Source of the DNA: Nitrosomonas ureae
GTDB taxonomy: Bacteria > Pseudomonadota > Gammaproteobacteria > Burkholderiales > Nitrosomonadaceae
DNA: 32,000 nucleotides
Assembly: GCF_001455205.1 (NCBI RefSeq)
Contig: NZ_CP013341.1
Span: 2,369,303 to 2,401,302, forward strand
Reading direction: 5' to 3'
Numbering within the stretch: position 1 is the first letter of the stretch; each line of letters opens with the position of its first letter. Positions 24,369 to 31,754 of the stretch are shown in pieces. Both the position numbers and the translations under genes were made by a program. The notes beneath the pieces were generated by a model, which saw only the letters and a program-made list of their open reading frames with translations, was not told the origin of the DNA and searched no databases.

Positions 24369-24683
24369 ATGAGAAACGTTAAAAATAGCTATTTCCGCGC
24401 AATCCTAGAAGTAACCAACAATGGAACACTTCCCGAATATTCCGACTTGTGGCGCTCGTACCATCCAACAGCATTAATGCTGGATAGCGATTATTGTTTA
24501 TTTACTGAACCTGGACGGTTTGAGCCGACGACTTCGGAGGAGGCGATAACCGGCCAGGACTCCCAAAAAATACTTTACGTTCCAGTTACACGTAAAGTTA
24601 GTCCACGAACATGGACAAAAGCGACAAATCGGACAGGTAAAGTTAGTTCAAAAATCCGGACAATCTCCGAAAACCTGCACTAA
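24369..24683 (+). CDS. Hypothetical 104-aa phage protein (first gene of the rightward operon)
   Basis: ORF with an ATG after GCAGGGG. No motif recognised. The position corresponds to small regulatory or excision-type genes in other inoviruses (by position only). Confidence 0.45.
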   Translation: MRNVKNSYFRAILEVTNNGTLPEYSDLWRSYHPTALMLDSDYCLFTEPGRFEPTTSEEAITGQDSQKILYVPVTRKVSPRTWTKATNRTGKVSSKIRTISENLH

Positions 24684-24697
24684 GGAATCCTCCTAAA

Positions 24698-25709
24698 ATG
24701 ATGAATCTGATTCCTGTGTTTGTCGACTATCTGACCATCCGTCAAGTGCATGACGGCGGCAAGCTGCCAGTTATTAACGGGGGCAGAGTGCTGAGAATAG
24801 ATTCCGATGGTGAGATTGAATACGCCGTGGACACTCGGCAAGGTTTGGAAGGTAGTTTTGATAGTCGGGTGGAAGTGCGTTGCGATGGTCATCAGGTCGA
24901 ATTCTCCGGCAATATATCCCGCTATGGGCGACAAGATAATTTATTTGGTTTCACTTTTGCCGACAGCATCGAGCGGATCAATGATCTGCTCAAAAGTTTA
25001 GGATTGCCACCTTTTACCGCTGGCAAATTGTATAAGTTCGCTGATTCGGGCTGGACGTGGACAGGTGCCAGAGTCAGCCGGATAGACATAACCTGTAATT
25101 ATGTCACCGGCTCCATGATCGACTCCGAAGCATTACTCCGCAATATGGCAGGTCACCACATTGGCCGACAAAAGGGCTCATTATCCGTCAATGGCGCTAC
25201 CGTTGAATATGGACGAGGTTCCAAATACGTTTACGGCAAACTCTACTGCAAAACCACTGAACTAAAAAAACACCGCTCTAAAAAAATCAGGCCAGCATGT
25301 TACCGATGAAGTCATCGACTTCTGCCAACACTTAGGCGTAATACGAGAAGAGTTTACTCTGAAATCACGCTTTCTTCTACAAAATGGCTTGGCCTATCTA
25401 GGGGCTATCACTGATGCATTATTAATCGAGGTTTATATGAACAGAACCCAATTACAACGACTGGAAAACGTCAAATACGAAAATTTCAATGATCTGCCGC
25501 CATGGTTGCGAGCAACTTACGTGAGCTGGAAATATGGTTATCCGATTGATCTTAAACGTTCTGCTTTTTATAACCACAGAAAAGCTTTACTTGCTTACGG
25601 CATTGATATCTCCATCCCCAACAACGTGCAAACCATGCCAATCAAAGTAAAAACAATCGAACTGGCTGCGTTCACCGCGCCTGATTGGTACATCAAGAAA
25701 TACGCATAA
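24698..25709 (+). pseudogene. Filamentous-phage gene II/X-type (Phage_CRI-like) rolling-circle replication initiator, split by a +1 frame change in an A7 tract
   Basis: ORF 24698-25309 (VFVDYLTIRQVHDGGKLPVINGGRVLRIDSDGEIEY..SRIDITCNY..) continues in frame 0 from 25266 to 25709 (..SGQHVTDEVIDFCQHLGVIREEFTLKSRF..). The frames switch within 25264-25286, which holds two A7 runs. The joined length of about 335 aa fits the family. Confidence 0.75.
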
Positions 25710-25784
25710 AGTTTTTTTATTACGCTCTGAACTCAATAACCGCCGGTTCAGGCAAAGCGTTAACAGGTGGTGTAAGGGGTTGTC

Positions 25785-26081
25785 ATGTTAGAAAAAGTCA
25801 AAGTAACCGGTATCACCTTCTTTAAAGATACCATCGACGGCAAGCAAATCGATTCAGGTGCGGCATTTGTTGAAGAGCATCTGAATTTCCAAACGGGAAG
25901 GGCGAAAGGAACAGCTACGCAAAAATATCCTCTGGGCGATGCCGGTAAAGCGCAAGCGTTAATGCATCTGGAATTTCCGCTGATGTGTGAAGTTGAATTC
26001 GTGCGCGTCACCAATGGCAACGTATCCAAGAACATCATCAACTCAATTAAGCCATTGCAACAAGCCAAACCTGCCGCGTGA
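25785..26081 (+). CDS. Putative ssDNA-binding protein (gV-like), assigned by position only
   Basis: 98 aa, directly downstream of rep, AAGGGG RBS. No sequence motif recognised. Confidence 0.35.
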   Translation: MLEKVKVTGITFFKDTIDGKQIDSGAAFVEEHLNFQTGRAKGTATQKYPLGDAGKAQALMHLEFPLMCEVEFVRVTNGNVSKNIINSIKPLQQAKPAA

Positions 26082-26157
26082 TTCCAGCCTATACGCGCAA
26101 CGAAAGGGCGCGTATGGGGTGCAATCCCGCACCGTTTAACTTTAGGAGTAATTCATT

Positions 26158-26520
26158 ATGTTGAAAGCTTTAAAAACCAGCTGCAACAAAACAAAAGATG
26201 TCGTGATGACTATCGGTTCCAAAGTAGCCCAAAGAATCAAGCGTGAATGTCACACTTTCATGCATAAATTGAGCAAACTATCAAAAGCTTGCAATCAAGC
26301 TTCTCAAAAGGCGATTGAAGGCGAATATCTCGGCAAAGGTGGCCTGATCGTCGCTGGAAGTGCCTCTCTCACCTTCGCCGGTAATGCACTCGCAGCAGTA
26401 CCGGAAGGCGTTACCACCGCCATCACATCAGCCGCCACCGATGTGGCAACCGTGGGCGCTGCCGTGATACTGGTTCATATCGGTATTAAAGTCTGGCGTT
26501 GGATTAGAAGCGCATTCTAA
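26158..26520 (+). CDS. Major coat protein precursor (gVIII-like) with an unusually long N-terminal extension
   Basis: The C-terminal ~62 aa form a signal-like LIVAGSASLTFAGNALA|AVPEGVTTAITSAATDVATVGAAVILVHIGIKVWRWIRSAF. The mature ~42 aa have an acidic N-terminus, a hydrophobic core and a basic tail. AGGAG RBS at the first ATG. Confidence 0.65.
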   Translation: MLKALKTSCNKTKDVVMTIGSKVAQRIKRECHTFMHKLSKLSKACNQASQKAIEGEYLGKGGLIVAGSASLTFAGNALAAVPEGVTTAITSAATDVATVGAAVILVHIGIKVWRWIRSAF

Positions 26521-26530
26521 TCTGACTCAC

Positions 26531-26552
26531 AAGGGGGCGCTTCGCCCCCTTT
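26531..26552 (+). terminator. GC-rich hairpin after the coat gene (probable partial terminator)
   Basis: aaGGGGGCgcttcGCCCCCttt, 11 nt after the stop. There are only 3 T residues, so it is probably leaky. Confidence 0.5.
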
Positions 26553-26573
26553 AACACCTCCGGACTTCAAATT

Positions 26574-26888
26574 ATGGGCTACAAATACCAAACGGTTTGC
26601 CATGACACGCTCTATGACTTCCATGTCGCATTTGCTCAAAGTTGCCACGCATCAGGATCAGGTCAATTGGGTGCCATCTATCTTTCCTGTACTGCTGATT
26701 CAGGTGGTTATGTAGTCATGCAATCCTATAATGCTTCAAACGGCACTCCAGGTACAGCATGGAATTACACGCCGCAAGCCATACCATGCGAAGTCTCTCT
26801 CACCAACCAAACCGGCTTCATGTGGGAACTGGCATTGATCCTGATTGCTGGCTTCTCCATTCGGGCAATCATCAAGGCATTTCAATAA
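26574..26888 (+). CDS. Phage membrane/minor virion protein candidate (104 aa, C-terminal TM)
   Basis: Cys-rich N-terminal part. C-terminal MWELALILIAGFSIRAIIKAFQ is a TM with a basic tail. The stop overlaps the next ATG (TAATG). Confidence 0.45.
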   Translation: MGYKYQTVCHDTLYDFHVAFAQSCHASGSGQLGAIYLSCTADSGGYVVMQSYNASNGTPGTAWNYTPQAIPCEVSLTNQTGFMWELALILIAGFSIRAIIKAFQ

Positions 26889-26965
26889 TGGAAATTTGGC
26901 TCTATGACTTCTTCTATCTACTCGCTTTCATGGGTGCGCTATGGCTAATTTTCACCGCTTACTAA
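26888..26965 (+). CDS. 25-aa hydrophobic peptide (gVII/gIX-like minor coat candidate)
   Basis: MEIWLYDFFYLLAFMGALWLIFTAY. It is translationally coupled to the upstream gene and overlaps the pIII start. Confidence 0.4.
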   Translation: MEIWLYDFFYLLAFMGALWLIFTAY

Positions 26966-28260
26966 CAACAATTTTTTTCAGTTTATTTTTTTGTTCTCCG
27001 GCTTTCTCGCAATCCGCACCGGTCGGCGCCATCGACCTGGCCGGATGGATCAAAGGCGCTGACGGTGCCTATACTAAAGCATTCGGCGAATCGGCAAGAG
27101 TAACGCTCTCAAGTCCACCCGGCGGCATATCAACCACCTCAACAGCACTGATCAACACACCAAAAGGCATTCAAGCAATGGATATTGTCAAAACCGCTGC
27201 TGTGGATGTCGGCAGGGTGGGCGCATCCGTCGCAACTTTAGCCAAGCGGGTTGGACCCGTCGGCATGACATTAACCGCAGTTTCCCTGGTATGTGAATTA
27301 ACAGACATTTGCAATGTTGACGGGGTTTTCAATAAATTTACTTCGTTAACTGGTGGCGATGCTATTGAAACACATGTCGGCTGGTGTGTCAGCAATGGAA
27401 GTCAAATACCTTGTTATCCTGATAAAGATTTAAGGTCTGTGGTTCAGGCCGCTAATGCCTGTTTTTCCGCCAATCCATCGAACTGCGAATATGGAGACAC
27501 TGAGCCAAGATATACAGGCGGTACGCTCGTAGGTGCAAATTATCGTTTAAGATTTAAATCTGACGGATCATATACCTCTCCTATACCTGCAACATTCATG
27601 GAAACTTATACGCCGCCAGCTGCAACCTCTGCACCTGCCACAACATCGGATTGGGATTCCAAAGCAGCTTTGCTCAATGATGACCGCTTCATCCCTGAAC
27701 TCATCAACAAAGGTGAAAGCGTGCCCTCCGGAGCTCCAACTCTGACACCAGACCAGAAAAAAGGACTCGGCCTCGAATCAAAACCCACCAGAGATTCAAG
27801 CGGCAATGTAACAGGGCGCGAAGACACCACCACGGAAATAGAGGCCGTTGACGCGGGTACCACAGACAATCCGGGGCGCGTCATTATCAAGGAAACACAA
27901 ACGACGATTAAGTACGACATCAACAACAACCAAATCAACACCACCACCAACACCCGCTACAGCAGCCAGCCGCAACCGGACAAACCGCAGCAGAACTTTG
28001 AAATCAAGTTCGATGAAGTGCCACCGGCAGAACTGCAAACACACAATGTTCAAGCCACATTAACCGGCAATAGCTGGGGGGAGGAGGGAACCTGTCCGCC
28101 GGATATCCCTATCGACATTTCCTATTACCCGATGAATCTGGTCATTCCAACAGCGCCAGTCTGCGATACCGCAGAAAAGATCAATCCACTCGTTTTATTA
28201 CTCGCATCGATTGCCGGTGTGTATATCGTCTCCGGCGTTCGCAGCACGGAGGTTAAATAA
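26941..28260 (+). CDS. pIII-like adsorption/minor coat protein
   Basis: 439 aa. Signal peptide MANFHRLLTTIFFSLFFCSPAFS|Q, low-complexity T/P/N linkers, C-terminal membrane anchor LVLLLASIAGVYIVSGV. The position upstream of pVI-pI fits. Confidence 0.7.
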   Translation: MANFHRLLTTIFFSLFFCSPAFSQSAPVGAIDLAGWIKGADGAYTKAFGESARVTLSSPPGGISTTSTALINTPKGIQAMDIVKTAAVDVGRVGASVATLAKRVGPVGMTLTAVSLVCELTDICNVDGVFNKFTSLTGGDAIETHVGWCVSNGSQIPCYPDKDLRSVVQAANACFSANPSNCEYGDTEPRYTGGTLVGANYRLRFKSDGSYTSPIPATFMETYTPPAATSAPATTSDWDSKAALLNDDRFIPELINKGESVPSGAPTLTPDQKKGLGLESKPTRDSSGNVTGREDTTTEIEAVDAGTTDNPGRVIIKETQTTIKYDINNNQINTTTNTRYSSQPQPDKPQQNFEIKFDEVPPAELQTHNVQATLTGNSWGEEGTCPPDIPIDISYYPMNLVIPTAPVCDTAEKINPLVLLLASIAGVYIVSGVRSTEVK

Positions 28261-28553
28261 TGTTCAATTTACTGATCATACCGCTCTGCGCTTTCCTGAC
28301 ATCGAGCATCGGCTTTCTGGCAGTTCGCGCCTTGTCGGGTCTAGGTATTGGCGTTTTGAGCTTCACCGCCATCAATGTGGCGCTCGATGCGCTGTTCTCG
28401 CAAGCGCAAGGATACTTTAGCGCTATACCTTACTTTGCTTTGCAAACCTTAAACCTTGCCGGATTTGGCCAGGGCTTGGGCATCATCATGGGCGCAATCA
28501 CATTCCGCATGACTTTCGTACTGTTGCCTAAACTGGGAGTGATACCAAAATGA
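28260..28553 (+). CDS. pVI-like minor coat protein (DUF2523-type)
   Basis: 97 aa with three hydrophobic helices. ATG overlaps the pIII stop (TAATG), and its stop overlaps the zot ATG (ATGA). Confidence 0.7.
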   Translation: MFNLLIIPLCAFLTSSIGFLAVRALSGLGIGVLSFTAINVALDALFSQAQGYFSAIPYFALQTLNLAGFGQGLGIIMGAITFRMTFVLLPKLGVIPK

Positions 28554-29524
28554 TCATCATACTGACGGCAACGCCTGGCTGCGGAAAAACCAATCACGCC
28601 GTATGGAGCCACATTAAACCGGCGGTTGAAAATGAACGAATCGTCTATGTTTGCGGCATTCCGGATTTAAAGCTGATGCACATCAAGCTATCGATAGCCA
28701 AGCTTAACACCTGGGCAGAACGCACACCGATAGATGAAACTGAACCGGAAGGAAAGCAAAAGCTTAACAACATAACCGAAGGCAGTCTCATTGTTGTGGA
28801 TGAAGCCGCTTATCCGTGGCCGGCCATCGATCTGAAAGACCCTCCGGAATACATCAAATATCTTTCCCAACATAGAAAGCACGGGCTTGATTTCCTGGTG
28901 ATCACGCAATCGCCCAAGTTCGTGCATCCGTTCGTACTGGAAAACGCAGATAGGCATATTCACCTGAGCCAGGAATGGTCTGGTAATAAACAATATGAAT
29001 GGTCGGAATACTGCGCTAACCCGAAACTCAAAACCAATCGTCAAAATGCAGTCAAGAAGCCGTACAAACTGGAAAAGAAAGCATTTGAATTGTATTACTC
29101 AGCCAGCCTGCATGTAGAAAAACCAAAACGAGCAATTCCTAAAATGGTTTATGCAGCAATATTCCTATTATTCGCAGTTCCGGCAATGGCAATGATCACT
29201 TATGGGCGCATTACTGACCGTCTAGCCGATCCGATGCAAGAAATTGCCTCAAATGAAGAGGAAAAAACCAACAAATCGGAGCAGGGCGACGATATGCCAC
29301 CAGGAAGCGTTATTCCGGTAACTCAGCCTGTCATTGCATTGCCAAGTACAAAAGAATCGCTTTCAATGCTATCTGACGCGGTCGACTGGTCGCAGGTTGC
29401 CGCGTGCGTTTCCAGCAAATCGAATTGCATCTGTTATGGCCATCAGGCGCAACGATTGAATATTGTTCCGGATACTTGTAATGCGGCTATTAATTACGGG
29501 TGGATTGCCACAAATAAACTTTAG
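28550..29524 (+). CDS. Zot/pI-like phage assembly ATPase
   Basis: 324 aa. Walker A TATPGCGKT, Walker B LIVVDEA, mid-protein TM (MVYAAIFLLFAVPAMAMI), Cys-containing C-terminal domain. Confidence 0.9.
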   Translation: MIIILTATPGCGKTNHAVWSHIKPAVENERIVYVCGIPDLKLMHIKLSIAKLNTWAERTPIDETEPEGKQKLNNITEGSLIVVDEAAYPWPAIDLKDPPEYIKYLSQHRKHGLDFLVITQSPKFVHPFVLENADRHIHLSQEWSGNKQYEWSEYCANPKLKTNRQNAVKKPYKLEKKAFELYYSASLHVEKPKRAIPKMVYAAIFLLFAVPAMAMITYGRITDRLADPMQEIASNEEEKTNKSEQGDDMPPGSVIPVTQPVIALPSTKESLSMLSDAVDWSQVAACVSSKSNCICYGHQAQRLNIVPDTCNAAINYGWIATNKL

Positions 29525-29594
29525 AGGAGGGATATTAATACCGTTATTAAGTTAATAAGATTTAAAACTAAATTATTTTTTGGGAAGGGCAATT

Positions 29595-29810
29595 ATGAAA
29601 GCTGCGATTTTAATCCGGAGTAAACTAAATGATCAATTTGTCGCTTGTTATCCTTACTCAACTATTCCAGAAAAGGAAAGAAGTACCGTACATAACGATT
29701 TTAATTTCTGTTGGGAAATAGCTTTAAACAATAAGCTTGTGAAAGCTGGAACTGAGGAGCAACATTATTTTTCTTTTGTTGATCTGGATGATCCGAACTA
29801 TAAAAATTAA
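29595..29810 (+). CDS. Hypothetical 71-aa protein in the post-zot slot of phage copy C
   Basis: Tracked ORF 29580-29810; ATG at 29595 (MKAAILIRSKL..). Unrelated to the slot ORFs of copies A and B. Confidence 0.4.
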   Translation: MKAAILIRSKLNDQFVACYPYSTIPEKERSTVHNDFNFCWEIALNNKLVKAGTEEQHYFSFVDLDDPNYKN

Positions 29811-29824
29811 TCAAAAAATAAAAA

Positions 29825-29919
29825 GCCTTTAAACCCTGACTAGTAGCAAATCTTGAAAGGAGGCTCCGAGGCTTTGCCAAAGGCAAAATGTAGGAGTTCT
29901 CAAGTTTGCGTAAACGGGT
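29825..29919 (+). repeat. Conserved ~95-bp phage-end block, copy C (hairpin 29852-29904)
   Basis: gcctttaaaccctgactagtagcaaatcttgaaaggaggctccgaggctttgccaaaggcaaaatgtaggagttctcaagtttgcgtaaacgggt matches 22521-22616. Confidence 0.8.
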
Positions 29920-30198
29920 ATGTTCCTGTTTTTTGTTTTGCCAAACCACGAACCCTTTTCTTCCCTCTCCAATACCAAGCATCTCATAAATGGTTGCCGA
30001 CGATTACGAAGGATATACACCCTAAAATAGGCATTCTGTTTAATCCTAAATGTAAAGATTTATCTTGACTTACTCATTCTTTAAAATAATTTAAATTACA
30101 AGATACAATTACCAAAATAATAATTAATTATGATTCGTGCCATTAGAATTAGAACTGATACTAGAAGTGGCCTCACTTGATTGGACTAATATATCTTA

Positions 30199-31605
30199 AT
30201 GAAACCCGCTATAGCGCATGTTAGTGAATTTATTTTTAAATTGGTAAATTCTATTCCGTGGCTTTTCCCTAATTGGCTAACTGAACGTGCAAGTTATTAT
30301 TCTAGCGATGAATTTAAAAAACATGAAAATGATAATAATTTAATTTTAACTGGAAGTTTTTTGGAGGGTGATTTTTCTTGGAAAGCGGTTGGAGTTGTTA
30401 TTCGTATCGATCATCAAGAACTGGAATTGATTCATAAGTGGATGAAAAGAAAAACTCCTGCAGGGAGCTACGATCCGAAGAGAGATTCTGATAGTTTTTC
30501 AACTAAATACACTGACTTAGGTCGGCATCGTTCACTTGGATGGATTTCATTTGGAAATGCTAAATTTTTCCAAAACCTTGCAATAATTGAATCGATCGAA
30601 ACAATATGTAAATCTTGTTATATTACATTCGATCGATTGCCGAATGGATTCACATATTTGTCTTTATATTTTTTATTATCAAGTGAGGCTACGTCACGAA
30701 TCCATAATACAAATCTTCGCGATGTTGAATCATATTTTTATTTTCAATCTTTCAATCCTTTTTCTAAGCATTTTAAAGTTCTTATACTTAATAGAAGAAA
30801 TCAAGTAATTAAAGAACATATAAAAGAAATATTAAATACCATTTTTAACGATGTCAGATTAGCTACAATTTCTATTCTCAATACATGGAATATTAAAAAA
30901 GATCTAGATGAAATAATTACAGTTGCTGATTTTTACCGTGATTCTGACGCGCCATATTTTAAGTCATTTGATGATCAAAAAGATCAAAATGTAGATATTA
31001 TTGATTCTAGGTCAAACTTTGTATTATTTGATAGAAATGACCACTTTTACGATGCAAAAATTTGTAATGATTCTAGTGAAAGCTATTGTGAAGTTCAAAA
31101 TGATGAGGATATTGATGTAGATGTTTTTTTTATAAAAAGCCAATTGAAAGAAACTTTCGACAAATGGGATGATTTTCCAAATTGTGGATTGACTATTTCG
31201 GATTCACATTTATTTTTATCTTTACTCCTGGATTGCCATAAGCAATATAAAAAAATAGCTGAAAACGCGAATTCTGCAATACTTCAATATGATGATGATC
31301 TTGAAGTTAGATATAAAGTTTTGTTTAATTCATTAATAAAGCTTGATGCTCTGGATGAGAATATTATTGCCGTGGAGAAATATATAAGTTTTGGATGTAT
31401 TCGTAAATATCAAGCAAGAGTCGAGATGATAATTGAGCATCAAAAAAAGATAGTGCAAGAGCTTAGATCATCTATTGATAAACGTTGTAAAAGCGGAGCT
31501 GCTGAATTACAAATAAAAAGCATTAAATTTCATCGCTGCTACTCCCGATTATTTACAATTCTTATTTTTATACAAATATTTTTAGCAGCTTTTGCTATTC
31601 TCTAA
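30199..31605 (+). CDS. 468-aa orphan protein with a C-terminal TM tail anchor
   Basis: Long uninterrupted ORF in ~30% GC DNA. No motif recognised. C-terminal RLFTILIFIQIFLAAFAIL. Confidence 0.55.
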   Translation: MKPAIAHVSEFIFKLVNSIPWLFPNWLTERASYYSSDEFKKHENDNNLILTGSFLEGDFSWKAVGVVIRIDHQELELIHKWMKRKTPAGSYDPKRDSDSFSTKYTDLGRHRSLGWISFGNAKFFQNLAIIESIETICKSCYITFDRLPNGFTYLSLYFLLSSEATSRIHNTNLRDVESYFYFQSFNPFSKHFKVLILNRRNQVIKEHIKEILNTIFNDVRLATISILNTWNIKKDLDEIITVADFYRDSDAPYFKSFDDQKDQNVDIIDSRSNFVLFDRNDHFYDAKICNDSSESYCEVQNDEDIDVDVFFIKSQLKETFDKWDDFPNCGLTISDSHLFLSLLLDCHKQYKKIAENANSAILQYDDDLEVRYKVLFNSLIKLDALDENIIAVEKYISFGCIRKYQARVEMIIEHQKKIVQELRSSIDKRCKSGAAELQIKSIKFHRCYSRLFTILIFIQIFLAAFAIL

Positions 31606-31754
31606 AGTAAAAGAAGACTTTTGCTCCTTTAAGAAATCATTTATAACTACCATTGAATTGAAATACGATTACTTAAGAAATAAATTTATAAGCTTTTAAA
31701 AGTAAAAATCAAAGTGCCGAAATTACATAACCTTCTCATATAAAATTATCAGGC

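Larger units (their letters stand above)
22617..29919 (+). mobile_element. Inovirus copy C: near-complete filamentous prophage (secure core 23868-29919; left limit hypothetical)
   Basis: Canonical inovirus order: divergent HTH repressor, gene II-type Rep, small gV-position ORF, coat, small hydrophobic ORFs, pIII, pVI, Zot/pI. No pIV secretin or integrase is present. If B and C are a head-to-tail array, the left end lies at the end of copy B's terminal block (7.3 kb in total). Confidence 0.7.

Noticed and set aside
26759-26965. 68-aa tracked ORF overlapping the end of 26574-26888
   Set aside because: The upstream two thirds is an alternative frame of the preceding gene. Only the final 25 codons, from ATG 26888 (coupled TAATG), are plausible.
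18186-29919. Repeated blocks considered as a possible CRISPR or tandem-repeat array
   Set aside because: The repeats are kilobase-scale, collinear coding segments of a prophage, not short repeat-spacer units. No CRISPR-like periodicity occurs anywhere in the window.
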